Shown here: positions 39,760-52,960 of the stretch, one piece after another
Position numbering within the stretch: position 1 is the first letter of the stretch
Layout: each line of letters begins with the position of its first letter
Assembly: GCA_951406725.2 (NCBI GenBank)
Contig: OX597817.1
Coordinates: 33,232,001 to 33,296,000 of the forward strand
Length of the DNA stretch: 64,000 nucleotides
Reading direction: 5' to 3'
DNA from: Octopus vulgaris
Taxonomy: Eukaryota
The notes under the pieces: model-generated
Told to the model about the DNA's origin: nothing
What the model saw: the letters and a program-made list of their open reading frames with translations, nothing else
Database searches by the model: none
Translations under genes and position numbers: made by a program

Positions 39760-40140
39760 GGATTGCACTTAGTTCCTCTCTGAGGCACAAGTCCAGGCAA
39801 GGTTGTTTATGGAAGACCAGCAGTCACCCATGCATACCAGCCTCCCCTCTCCAGACCACCTATGTTATCCAAGGGAAAGGTAAAGGCTGATAAAGCTTGG
39901 CACCAGTGATGTTGCAACTTATTTCTACAGCTGAGTGAACTGGAACAATGTGAAAATAAAGCATCATGCTCAAGAACACAAAACACAGCTTGGTCTGGGA
40001 ATTGAACTCATTACCTCATGATTGTGAGCCTAATGTTCTAACCATTGAGCCATGCACCTTCACAACTACTGTGTTGATTTATTGACCATACTTAGCTCCA
40101 AAATTTGAAGCCTTATGCCTTCATTGAAATAAAAAATAAG

Positions 40141-40295
40141 AGTGGTAAGTAAGTAGCTTGCTTACCAACCACATGGTTCTGGGTTCAGTTCCACTGCATG
40201 GTACCTTGGGCAAGTGTCTTCTACTATAGCCTTGGGCTGACCAAAGCCTTGTGAGTGGATTTGGTAGGCGGAAACTGAAAAAAGCCTGTCGTATG

Positions 40296-40352
<57 letters not shown>

Positions 40353-40585
40353 ATATATATGTGTATGTGTGTCTGTGTTTGTCTTCCCAGCATCGCTTGA
40401 CAAACGATGCTGGTGGGTTTATGTCCCTGTAACTTAGCGGTTCAGCAAAAGAGACTAATAGAATAAGTACTAGGCTTACAAAGAATAAGTCCTGGGGACG
40501 ATTTGCTCGACTAAAGACTAAAGGTGGTGCTTCACCATGGCCGCAGTCAAATGACTGAAACATGTAAAAGAGTAAAAGAGAAAGA
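40141..40585 (+). mobile_element. SINE family A
   Basis: Same core and tail as 22996 copy. Confidence 0.85.
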
Positions 40586-41501
40586 GAATAGACATATTCG
40601 TAATTAATGCCCTTGAGAAAGGTATGAAGAACACAGTCTAATTTTCCTTCCCATATTAATCAGTAGTCTTTTGATGATGATGTAAAAAAAATTATAGAGA
40701 TGGAATCATATGTATTAGCAGTATTGCACATAAGTTAGCTTGGTTACAAGCTTATTCCACTCCGTTATAATTACTTTACTTTATTCTTTGAATAGTTCTA
40801 AATCAGTAATATTTCAAATATGTTTCTCTGCTCTGAGTTTAAATTACCAGGTAGGTGGAAATCAAATTACAAGTAATAGACTATATGAAATTACAATGGA
40901 ATCTTCCTGGTAATAACCTGTTCTTTACAAAATTCAGCACTTCAGAACAATCTTTCTGGTTATAACCTGCTATTTACAAATTTGGCACTTTATGAATTCA
41001 TATTTTTATATGCTAGCTTATGAATATTATTTATGTATTTATTTTATTTTATTTTATTGGTTTGGTCTGGTCTCTCATTATATGTAATCCTCACATTATT
41101 TTTCCAGCACTTAATATTTTTCTATGTTGTGATTCATATGTGTGAGTAAGAGTGTGGGTATTTAGATGGATGGCTGTAGATACATCATGTATTTATGGAT
41201 TCATCATTGTCTGTTCATATGTGTATATATGTGTGTGTGTAGATGCTTATGATATACATAAAGTACTCATGGACTCACCGATGTGTGTGTAAATGTGTGA
41301 GTTCATGTGTAGGTGCATATGAAATGGATAAAGTACTTACAAACTCATAAGTGTGTGTGTAGACGTTTATGAAATAGATAAAGTGCTTATGAACTCATTA
41401 TTGTGCATATGTGCATGTGTGTCTTTGTTTGTAGGTGTGTGTTTGTATATATGTATGTGAGTGTATATGTAGCTGCATATACACGTGCATATACATTTGC
41501 A

Positions 41502-41836
41502 TGAAGGCGCATAGCTCAGTGGTTAGAGCGTCGAGCTTACAATCATGAGGTTATGAGCTCGATTCCCAGACCGGGCTATGTTGTATTCTTGAGCAAGATA
41601 TTTTATTTCATGTTGCTCCAGTTCACTCAGCTGTAGAAATGAGTTGCAACGTCACAGGTGCCAAGCTGTATTGGCCTTTGTCTTTCCCTTGGATAACACT
41701 GGTGGCGTGGAGAGGAGAGGCTGGTATGCATGGGTGACTGCTGGCCTTCCATAAACAACTTTGCCTGGACTTGTGCCTGGGAGGGAAACTTTCTAGGTGC
41801 AATCCCATGGTCTGTGTCGTGACCAAAGGGGGATCT
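41502..41836 (+). mobile_element. tRNA-derived SINE family D
   Basis: Box A TAGCTCAGTGG, box B-like GCTCGATTCC; homologous to 43757-44100. Confidence 0.85.
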
Positions 41837-42264
41837 CAGATGTAGCTGCATACTATGTTTGATGGCATACAAAACACATTTTTTAATAAAAAATATCCCC
41901 CTAAAAAACAGTCTGGGATATAAAGGTGAAACTGGGCCTACCGTAAACTTACCTTTACTCTGTGCTTTACTAGTTTCAGCTTGAGTGCTGTGGCCATGCT
42001 GGTGCACTGCTGTTTAATGCTCTAAAAGCTTTGTTTTTTTTTTCCTTAATAGGCTCTCCTGAAATTGGTGTGTGTCTAAAAAATGCCTGTGTATACTTTA
42101 TGCCATCAAATATGGTCGGTAATATATCACTGCTTGACCAGGGGTAATGTGACAAAACAACAATCTCACGTTCAAATGTCCATGTTTGAAGACGTTCCCA
42201 AACCAGAAACTTTGCTGTTGTTGTTGTTGTTATTGTTGTTGCTATTGTTCCAGCCATCATCTCT

Positions 42265-42420
42265 GTCATCATCATCATCATCATCATCTTCATCAGCACA
42301 CTCATCATCATCATCATCATCATGATCACCACCACCACCACCACCACCACCACCACCACCACCACCACCACCACCACCACCACCACCACCTCCACCTCCA
42401 CCACCACCATCATCATCATG
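42265..42420. repeat. (CAT)n/(CAC)n trinucleotide microsatellite
   Basis: Directly visible. Confidence 0.9.
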
Positions 42421-43217
42421 TATTGACCAATCTTGTCGGACTTTTCTTTGGTAAGCTCTAACAACATTGATCCTATATATAAATACGTTGAGTAATAAAA
42501 TACAAGCAATATGAAGTAACAAAGGCATGTACATACAATGGTACACTCATAGAAGTGCACACAAATTGAGGCAAAACTAATTTAGCTCACTTCATGGTAG
42601 AGAAAATTACATTAAAAAGTTAATTAGATTTTTTTGTAATTTCTTTGTATAAGTGTGTGTGTGTGTGTGTGTGCGTTTGTGTGTGCATGTGTGTGTGCGT
42701 GCATGTGAGTGCGTGCATGTGTGTGCGTGCGTATGTGTATGTGTTTGTGTGTATATATGCATACATACTTAAGAGTACCATACGAGTGAGATTGTTGCCA
42801 GAGCAATAAGCCTTCGTACCGATGGCAAGTTAAAAAAACCCTTCGGGCGTGATCATTACCTGTGTTGCCTTACTAGCACTTGTGCTGGGGGCATGTGAAA
42901 AAAACATTTGAGCGAGGTCGTTGCCAGTGCCGCTGAACTGGCTCCTGTGCAGGTGGTACATAAAAAGCACCATTTGAGCCTGGCCGTTGCCAGTACCACC
43001 AAACTGGCCCCCATGCCAGTGGCACGTAAAAGCACCCACTACACTCTCGGAGTGGTTGGTGTTAGGAAGGGCATCCAGCTGTAGAAACTCTGTCAGATCA
43101 GTTTGGCGTCTGGTTCGCCAGACTTCAGTCAAATTGTCCAACCCATGCTAGCATGGAAAGCGGACGTTAAACGATGATGATGATATATATATATCTATAT
43201 CTATATCTATCTATCTA

Positions 43218-43265
<48 letters not shown>

Positions 43266-43756
43266 AGAGAGAGAGAGAGAGAGAGATATGATCCACTTTA
43301 TTAAAGCTGCATGTAAAAACATCACAATAATAAAAAAAACATATTACTCTACCTTTGATATTTGAGTACTATTTTTTTCACCTTGCTTTGCATTTATGTA
43401 CTTACTCGTGTATATATGATGTATATATGTATGTATATGCATATATGTATATGTGAGTATATTTCTAATAATGTGGATAATTTCATGGGTAGTAAGAGAA
43501 GGTATTTTGTCATGGGATACTATACTTAATGGAAACTGACCATGTATGAAAAGACAGGAGTATAGATGAGAAGTGGAGCATGAAAATAAAGTGCTTCTGA
43601 CAGTTTAAAATGCACTTGCAAAAGAAATCAAATCTTGTTCATTGCTGAAAAAAAAATCTATTCTTTTAAGTTTTACTGGTTTCAAATATTACTTTGTGGC
43701 TATGCAAGGACATTGTTTTCTAGATCATTATCAATCATATCTACATTATTTTACAG

Positions 43757-44100
43757 TGAAGGTGCATGGCTCAGTGGTTAGAGCGTCGAGCTTACGATCG
43801 TGAGGTTGTGAGTTCGAATCCCGGACCGGGCTGCGTGTTGTGTTCTTGAGCAAGGCACTTTATTTCATGTTGCTCCAGTTCACTCAGCTGTAGAAATGAG
43901 TTGCGACGTCACTGGTGCCAAGCTGTATTGATCTTTGTCTTTCCCTTGGATAACACTGGTGGCGTGGAGAGGGGAGGCTGGTATGCATGGGCGACTGTTG
44001 GTCTTCCATAAACAACCTTGCCCGGACTTGTGTCTCGGAGGGTAACTTTCTAGGTGCAATCCCATGGTCTTTCATGACCGAAGGGGGTCTTTACCCCCCT
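43757..44100 (+). mobile_element. tRNA-derived SINE family D
   Basis: Box A TGGCTCAGTGG, box B GTTCGAATCC; flanked by TATTTTAC direct repeats. Confidence 0.9.
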
Positions 44101-44444
44101 TATTTTACTGACTGGTTGTTATGTAAGGTGGATGGCAGAATCAGTAGAGTGACTGACAACAGCATATCTTGTGGTCTTTGCTTACATGTTTTTTTTACAT
44201 TTGGAGGTTAAGTCCTCCCCATGTCTACTTTGCTGTTCATCCTTCTGGGGTCAGTAAAAATAATACCAGTTGATTAAAATAAATACTTAGGAATTGATAT
44301 AATCTTGAAGGCAAGACTACAACTGAATGACTGAAACCAACAAAATAAACCAAAAAAGTAAATAAGAAACTGAAGGTGTAGGTGTCCTGTTTGAGTAGAG
44401 CAATAGCATGAAACCAAGCCAAAATGTAATTCAAAAGATATGTA

Positions 44445-44981
44445 TTGGGTTGTCCGGAAAGATTGGGCCGATTTTTAAAAGAAAGACAAAGGTCAACCAA
44501 ATATGAACCATTTTGTTACACAATGCGTCTCCATCTTTCCTTTAACTTGAAAATACCCTCTTCCCATAATTGAGGTGGTTTCATGGCAAAGAATTCATCA
44601 AGGTATCTTTTTACATCGTCTAAGGAATTGAAATTTTTATGATTAAGACTATTCTGCAGAGACCTGAATAAGTGGAAATCCGAAGGAGCAATATCTGGTG
44701 AATATGGAGGGTGGGGTAACACATCCCAGCTGAGCTGTAGCAATTTTTGTCTGGTTCCTAAAGCATCAAGTGCTGAAAATGAACTTCTTTATCTTCCATT
44801 TTAAAGGGTTACAGAATTAACACAGGTTATAGGAACATAAACCTTCTTTCACGAAAAGATAGCTTAAACTGTGCTCTAAATGGAGGTGTAGTCAAATCCT
44901 ATTTTATGTACTCAACTATGTTCTAAAACAAGTCGAAAGGTAAGCTACTATAAATCGGCATGAACTTTCCAGACAACCCAA
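44445..44981 (-). mobile_element. Non-autonomous mariner deletion derivative, copy 2
   Basis: Same TIRs and TA TSD; HPPYSPDIAPSDFHLF motif; same internal deletion junction as 18959-19524. Confidence 0.9.
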
Positions 44982-46245
44982 TATTATGGTTGTATGCTAT
45001 GTTGATGGACATCTGATTCCTATGGCAAACTTTTATGATAATATCATCATCATCATCGTTTAACACCCACTTTCCATGTTGTCATGAGTTGAACAGTTTA
45101 ACTGAGGTCTGGAAAGCCAGTGGCTGCACCAGGCTCCAATCTGATCTGGCAGGGTTTCTACAGCTGGATTCCCTTCCTAACACCAACCACTCAGAGAGTG
45201 TAGTGGGTACTTTTTATGTGCCACCGGTTTGGGGCCCAGTCAGGTGGCACTGGTGTTGACCACACTCGAATGGTACTTTTTATGTGCCACCAGCATGGGA
45301 GCCAGTTAGGCAGTACTAGCATTGACCACGCTCAAATGGTGCTTCTTATGTGCCACCAACATATAAAATAATATGATAGAAATAATTGTTTGTGGCATCC
45401 ACAATATTCTAAGGGTCTTTATTTTTTTAATTTTTAAACTTTTTTATAGTCATATTCAAAATCAACCGAAACCTTCCAATTTTCTTACCAGAAAACTTTC
45501 TGAAACCCAATACAGTATTGTTGAATAATGTGAAATATAGTAAATCAAGGAATTATTTATTGTTTCTGGAATCAATAATGACCATTCAATAATTGCAACC
45601 ACAATCACTGTCATCGTCATTTTAATGACTTCTTCCTCTCTCTATTCATCTCACTCCTTTGTTATTTTATCAAATTTCATATAATTTCTTCTGAAGTGTT
45701 TTCTGGTCTAACGGTGTTATAGGTACATTTCACTACCAACTCATAGCAAATTTTCTTTTAATATAAACTACCCATGCATTGCACATCAAATTCACTGTAA
45801 TAATCACGCATTCATATGTCATTAAACATTTTATAGCGAAACACTTCATTAACTCTCATCCACTCAACCTTTTCTGTACATGCAATGAGGCATACATTAT
45901 TTACTCTTTTTTAATCACTTAAAATTTTCTACAGCCACAAGCATATTTTATACTTCCTTCTAGAGCTAAATCTTGCAAGGTGACAAAAGCACTTTATTGT
46001 CAAAACTTTATTTCTAAAAGGTTTCACTACCTTTGAACACGAAGTACAATATGATATCACTTCCATTATTCAGAATACAACTGGAGTGAGGAAAAAGAAA
46101 AACACCTGAAGAGCTTAAAATTTTCTTTGCTGTGCAGTCATTACCTTCATTATTTTCATCATTCTTGTCTTAAATCAATGTCATTCATTATTGGTAACAG
46201 TACATTTTACTTTAATTTTTATTAAATTATTATTAAATGTTATAT

Positions 46246-46276
<31 letters not shown>

Positions 46277-47287
46277 ATGTTTTACATTATATTTTGAGAT
46301 TTACAGGCATTATTTTTATAGACCACATCCAATATTTGTGGTTTTTCACTATTCACAGGTGCTCTAGGAATGTAACCCCATGAATACTGGGGGACTACTG
46401 TATATCTCTAACTTTGGTAGATTGGTGTATCAAGTGGAAGGTGGAAGAGGGAACAATACTCTAAGTGAATATGAGAAGAGATTGTCAAATTTGGAAACAG
46501 AGTGACCTTATATATATAATTCCTTTAACAGAGTTAAAATCTGTAATGAGATGAAATTTCATCCCTACAACACCAACAGGTCACCCAACTTGTAGAGAAA
46601 ATGTTGAAACAAATATTTTCACTTATAAATAGGAATATAATTTATGTTCAGAGCCAGAAATAATCTATAATACCATTCTGCTTGCCATGGTGTTTGTGGG
46701 TTATATTATACTATAATCAGCCTTAACTATGGAATGAAATAGAAAACATAATGTAAATTTTTAACCTTGCTTTCCAGCCATGACACCTTGGGGAAGTGTC
46801 TTCTACTATAGTCCTAGGCTGATCATATCCTTATGAGTGAAATTGGTAGATGGAAATTGAAGGAAGCCCATTATATATGTGTGTTGGGGGGATATGGGTG
46901 TGTGTATATGTGTGGGTGCATGTGTGTTTGTGTGTACTCATGTCTTGGCACCATGTATTGATTGTAAATGAACATCAGGTCATACAAAAACGATGTTTGC
47001 TTTGTGTGTTCCATGATGAAGTATTACCTTGGTTGGAAACAAGTGAGGGGCTGGTGAGTGGAAGGGCATCTGGTTGTAGAATATCTGTCTCAGGTAATTC
47101 CATTCGACCCATGCAAGCATAGAAAAGTTGACATTAAATGATGATGCATCAAAACAGAAATAGGAAAATCTATAAACTACGGTATTTTAATGGGTTTGGC
47201 TCGTGAAAATAAATCATTAAAAACCTATGAAGCAAAGCAATAATCAAAAATTAGATCTTAAGAATTATTTCAGTATCAGGAGTTTAA

Positions 47288-47507
47288 CCCTAAAGTATTC
47301 AGATTCCTTTGTCGAATATAATGTTTTTTTATTCACATTGTTTTGAATTAATCATGCTTTATCTTATAGCTTTGAGGCTTTGATGATGTTATTGTTTATT
47401 TTCAGAATAACAATGTCAGCTTGGTGTAAGAGGTCAGAACTGGCCAGTTTAAACATAAATGAGGTTGAATATTTGGGCCAAATAATGTCGGTTTAAATGG
47501 GAAAGGG
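47288..47507. mobile_element. piggyBac-type MITE
   Basis: TTAA|CCCT ... AGGG|TTAA termini. Confidence 0.65.
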
Positions 47508-48186
47508 TTAAAGTTTAGTAGTTCTTCAAAGTGGATATTTGTCCTAAGCTGCATCCTTGTCAACTGTGTAATAAACTTTGTTGAGATGTGTCACAAAGGT
47601 AATCCTATAGAAAAGAGTTGAAAATTATTTATCATCATCATCATTTAATGTCTGTTTTCCATGCTGGCATGGGTTGGACGATTTAGCTTGAGCTGGCAAG
47701 CTGGAGAGCTGCACCAGGTTCCAGTTGTGTGTTCTGGCTTGATTTCTATGGCCGAGTGTCCTCCCTAACATCAACCATTTTACAGAGTGCACTGGGTGTT
47801 TTTATGTGGCACCAGCACGGTACTGGCACAAGTGTTTCTTACATGGCACCATGTGCCATAAACCATAATTTCTGGTATGTTTACGTCCCTGTAACTTAGC
47901 GGTTCAGCACAAGTGACTGATAGAATAAGTACTAGGCTTACAAAGAATAAGTCCTGGGGTCGACTTGTTCGATTAAAGGTGGTGCTCCAGCATGGCCACA
48001 GTCAAATGACTGAAACAAATAAAAGAGTAAATCTCAACAACAACCCCTATTTACCTATTTTAGTTCTATAGTTGGTATAGTCACTTCTAACATCACAACT
48101 ACATTTATCATTAACAATATTTAATTTTGTGTCATGTTTTCCTTATTTTGTGATGGTGGAGTAAGTGTGATCCCAAGAGAGATATA

Positions 48187-48401
48187 TGAGGAGGTGCTAA
48201 AAAGTTCCTGGCTCTAAGGGTGTCGCAAAAGGTCTGTTTGGAGGCCTAACCTTTCAAGTTCTTTTACAGGGCTTAGAAAAACTGAAGGACCACTGCAATA
48301 AGTGTGAATCTGAGAGGGGTGTATGCTGGATAAAATCATAATTAACTGATCCTCTTGTATTTCATTCTAGCCAAAGCCAGGAACTTTTCAGAACCCTCTC
48401 A
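48187..48401. mobile_element. Tc1/mariner-type MITE
   Basis: Imperfect TIRs TGAGGAGGTGCTAAAAAGTTCCTGGCT / AGCCAGGAACTTTTCAGAACCCTCTCA with TA TSD. Confidence 0.8.
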
Positions 48402-49325
48402 TAGTTGTTATTTCTAGCAGATCGAATGAACATGTGCATGTTCCTTCAGTGGCTCGATTTAATGAATTTAATGAATTTTGATAATTCAAAGATGTTAATT
48501 TTGTTTTTTAGGTATTCAGGCAACTGCTCAATTAAGTTTTCATTTTTATTATTTATATTTTTTCCTCAATACCAAATTGCATTTGAGCCCTGCGGAATTT
48601 GTGCACCTGTTTAAGGATCTCATTTATTATCTCAAAAAATGCATGTTTTTGATTTTATTCTGAGACATCATCTTTAAGTTAATTGTTGGATTTCATATTG
48701 TAGGCTGTGTAAATTTAGGTCTGGTAACATATAATCATCTTTTACTTCCTTTCAGCTATTTATGGGAAGAAATCATATTTTGTTTCAGATGATTTGGAAT
48801 ATTTTCTTGATATTTACTCTTTATTCCTGGAACATATTCCAAGTTACAGAATTAATGCTAGACAGCTCTTTCCTTGTCTTCATAGTCATCCAATTTTCAA
48901 GATGTCAATCTTGAGTTTTTCTCTTTTAAATTTGTGTTACTCACCTACAATAATACTGAGACATTGTTGCTAGTAATGGATATATATATATATCATCATC
49001 ATCGTTTAACATCCGCTTTCCATGCTAGCATGGGTTGGACGATTTGACTGAGGTCTGGTGAACCAGATGGCTGCACCAGACTCCAATCTGATCTGACAGA
49101 GTTTCTACAGCTTGATGCCCTTCCTAACGCCAACCACTCTGAGAGTGTAGTGAGTGCTTTTACGTGCCACCGGCATGAGGGCCAGTCCGGTGGTACTGGC
49201 AATGGCCACACTCAACACGTGTTTTTTCACACACACATATATATGTATATATATATATTTAATTAGAGGATATGTTAACCTTGTGATGGGATGGTTGCAT
49301 CCAAGGAAATAATGGTTGGAGTGAT

Positions 49326-49393
<68 letters not shown>

Positions 49394-49454
49394 ATATATA
49401 TATATCGTCCAACCCGTGCTAGCGCGGAAAGCGGACGTTAAACGATGATGATGA

Positions 49455-49494
<40 letters not shown>

Positions 49495-49663
49495 CATAAG
49501 GGACTAAAGCCATCTGAATATGGCTAGGGACAGGGCAGGGTGGTGGGGGTGTTACTGTTGCATTTAGCCCCAGGCGAACATCGACGTCACCAGATAGGCC
49601 CGACACCGTCACGGTGTCCTTTAACCTGCAAAGGGAGGTAATTCCCCAATGAAGCGGAAACCA

Positions 49664-49709
49664 CACACGGACCATGGTTTCAAGGTGTATTGCCTATCGT
49701 CGGCGTGTG
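49664..49709 (-). ncRNA. Variant type I hammerhead ribozyme, copy 1
   Basis: cacacg-CCGACGA-uagg-caauaca-ccuu-GAAAC-caug-GUC/cgugug: 6-bp stem I, palindromic stem III ACCAUGGU, U4C core variant. Confidence 0.7.
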
Positions 49710-50024
49710 GTAGGCTTCCGCTTCCTCGACGAACACTCACTCTGCAGGATATTCATATATAGATTTTCAAGCAAAATACATTTGCTGATTTCGAAAATCT
49801 GTTCGAAAGCAATAATAATTCTCTAAAAGAGATATAGACAGTAACTGCTCGATAACATAAGGGACTAAAGCCATCTGAATATGGCTAGGGACAGGGCAGG
49901 GTGGTGGGGGTGTTACTGTTGCATTTAGCCCCAGGCGAACATCGACGTCACCAGATAGGCCCGACACCGTCACGGTGTCCTTTAACCTGCAAAGGGAGGT
50001 AATTCCCCGATGAAGCGGAAACCA

Positions 50025-50070
50025 CACACGGACCATGGTTTCAAGGTGTATTGCCTATCGTCGGCGTGTG
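50025..50070 (-). ncRNA. Variant type I hammerhead ribozyme, copy 2
   Basis: Identical motif 361 bp from copy 1. Confidence 0.7.
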
Positions 50071-50338
50071 GTAGGCTTCCGCTTCCTCGACGAACACTCA
50101 CTCTGCAGGATATTCATATATAGATTTTCAAGCAAAATACATTTGCTGATTTCGAAAATCTGTTCGAAAGCAATAATAATTCTCTACTTATGTTATCGAG
50201 CAGTTACTGTCTATATCTCTTTTAGAGAATTATTATTGCTTTCGAACAGATTTTCGAAATCAGCAAATGTATTTTGCTTGAAAATCTATATATGAATATC
50301 CTGCAGAGTGAGTGTTCGTCGAGGAAGCGGAAGCCTAC

Positions 50339-50384
50339 CACACGCCGACGATAGGCAATACACCTTGAAACCATGGTCTGTGTG
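50339..50384 (+). ncRNA. Variant type I hammerhead ribozyme, copy 3 (inverted arm)
   Basis: Same motif on plus strand; first stem-I pair becomes a G-U wobble (GUC/ugugug). Confidence 0.7.
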
Positions 50385-50599
50385 TGGTTTCCGCTTCATC
50401 GGGGAATTACCTCCCTTTGCAGGTTAAAGGACACCGTGACGGTGTCGGGCCTATCTGGTGACGTCGATGTTCGCCTGGGGCTAAATGCAACAGTAACACC
50501 CCCACCACCCTGCCCTGTCCCTAGCCATATTCAGATGGCTTTAGTTCCTTATGTTATCGAGCAGTTACTGTCTATATCTCTTTTAGAGAATTATTATTG

Positions 50600-50722
<123 letters not shown>

Positions 50723-51722
50723 TATATGCATATATATATATATATATATACACATATATACATTAATGTAAATGTGTATAGAATAATTTATCAGTTGCAT
50801 AAAGTTAAAATATGGTCTGGTTCTCATGTCTTTTATTATGGTATTTTAAAATTAAAAAAAAAATATTTGATTTTGATTTATTTTTCTCCAGGGATTTGTC
50901 ATTCCCATTATTTTTATCAGTAAAAAAAACTCCACAAGCTGTAGTTTCTGACAAAAGTTTTGGATATCTTCCCCCAATTCCTTATGGTCGACTGTAGATG
51001 TAGGTGTGGATATTAGTCCTTTAATCAATAACTGAAGTTCGTCACTGCCTATATTTCTTTTTGACTTTTTAATAATTTTAAGATCTATCCTATCAGTTGT
51101 TTCACAATTGTTTCTTCTGGGATTTTTTCTTTCTCTGGTGTTTGCTGTCCTGACCCTAAAAAATAGATTCTTTTTTGTTTATTATTTCTTCTATTGCTAA
51201 CATCTTTTCTCTAGTGAGCTTTGTATTTTGGTTGTGGTGTTTGGTTAGGTATTTGGAATTTCATGATCACTCTAAGTATGAAAGTGCTAATTTAACTTTA
51301 TGAGCATTACAAAATATATATATTTTTTAATGTTAAAACACCATGATAAAAAACGTGAAAACCAGACCATGTTTTAACTTTATTAAACTGATATATATAT
51401 GAATATAAATATATATATATATATATTTCGGTGGCATGTAAAAAGAATCCACTACACTCATGGAGTGGTTGGCGTTAGGAAGGGTATCCAGCTGTAGAAA
51501 CACTGTCATATCAGACTGGAGCCTGGTACAGCCTCTTGGCTTCCCAGACCGTGGTCGAACCGTCCAACCCATGCTAGAATGGAAAATGGACGTTAAACGA
51601 TGATGATGATGATGATGATGATGATGATATCAGTTGAATAAAGTTAAAACGTAATCTGGTTTTCACGTTTTTTTATTATAAAGGACGAATCTAATTCAAC
51701 CTTTTTACACACACACACACGC

Positions 51723-51758
<36 letters not shown>

Positions 51759-52234
51759 ATATGTACCGGGACGCTAACTTGCGCTGTCCATATTACATAT
51801 TTCATGTCATGATATATCAACAGATTGATCAAGTGTGCAGCCGAGCTATTGGCCAGACAACTGTTGCTTCTTCAGATCGTTCTAAAAGGTTCCATTTTCG
51901 GCGCCATTTCGCTGAGTGTTAGAGGCGTCGGATCGGAACGTTGTCTCCATCTTGTCAAACTTCAGTGTGCTCTTGAACGCGTTACCAATACACACTCCTT
52001 TTCAGTCATTCTAATGGCTATTTGCTCAACTCATATGTGATCATAAGGCAGACATGACACCACGCATGCATGCTTGCACGCATACATTCATTATGTTAAA
52101 ACCAGTGCAGTGGTAAACTTTGAGTAGCCAGTTTTTCTGCATGCTGTATTACGCTATTTTCATCTTGCTGGTTCTACATGTAAATAATAATGCATGAACA
52201 TCTTTTTATGACTAGTGCGGTGTAATAAATCATT

Positions 52235-52960
52235 GAATCTTTTCACTTTGACCGGCAGATTTTAAAAATAATTTCTTTGTAACTAAACACTTTTAAACTT
52301 TGTATACTGGTAGAATGTGTCACATAAAACATCTTTTTCTCTTGGCGTTCTTGAGAAATTTATGTAGTTTGTAAGCTATTTCTTGTTTAATTTCTTGTAT
52401 TTCGGCAATTTCAACCAACCAATGACGTCTATTGAGGTAAATACAATTACTGCTGTTGTTTGCAACAAGTTCAACTTCCGACAGTACGTGTATTTGTTTA
52501 CATTTGAAGAAGAAGATCGTCACTTTCCATAAAAAATTTTATTTTTTTATATATGTGGGGTTAGGGTTAGGGGTGGGGGAAGGGCATCTTTATTCTTCAG
52601 AAATGTAAATAAGCTGCAAATATAAACATTTTGTGGCCATAAACTGAGGGTCACTCGTAAACAGAGCTGGATAACAAAACCGTTCCCTCATTTAGTGTCA
52701 GATACCGCCGGAAGTTGTTGTTGAACTTGTTGGCAAGCAACAGCAGTAATTGTATTCACCTCAATAGACGTCATTGATTGGTTGAAATTGCCGAAATACA
52801 AGAAATTAAACAAGAAATAGCTTACAAACCACATAATTTTCTCAAGAACGCCAAGAGAAAAAGACGTTTTATGTTACACATTCTACCAGTATACGAAGTT
52901 TAAAAGTGTTTAGTTACAAAAAATTATTTTTTAAATCTGCCGGTCAAAGTAAAAAGATCC
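52235..52960. mobile_element. Long-TIR (fold-back) MITE, ~250-bp imperfect TIRs
   Basis: GAATCTTTTCACTTTGACCGGCAGAT... / ...ATCTGCCGGTCAAAGTAAAAAGATCC; internal GGTTAGGGTTAGGG; superfamily not assigned. Confidence 0.85.

Larger units (their letters stand above)
36521..40065 (-). mobile_element. SINE family D split by the Gypsy insertion (36521-36555 and 39760-40065)
   Basis: Halves join at GGATT to give the reverse complement of the 43757-44100 SINE. Confidence 0.8.

Noticed and set aside
41913-41945. Collagen-like GYKGETGPT micro-exon
   Set aside because: Only three triplets and no convincing acceptor site
43757-43835. tRNA genes at SINE heads (also 456, 41502, 59150-59222)
   Set aside because: A/B boxes present but no convincing full cloverleaf, and they continue into SINE bodies
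52557-52573. GGTTAGGGTTAGGG as an interstitial telomere
   Set aside because: Only two units, internal to a MITE
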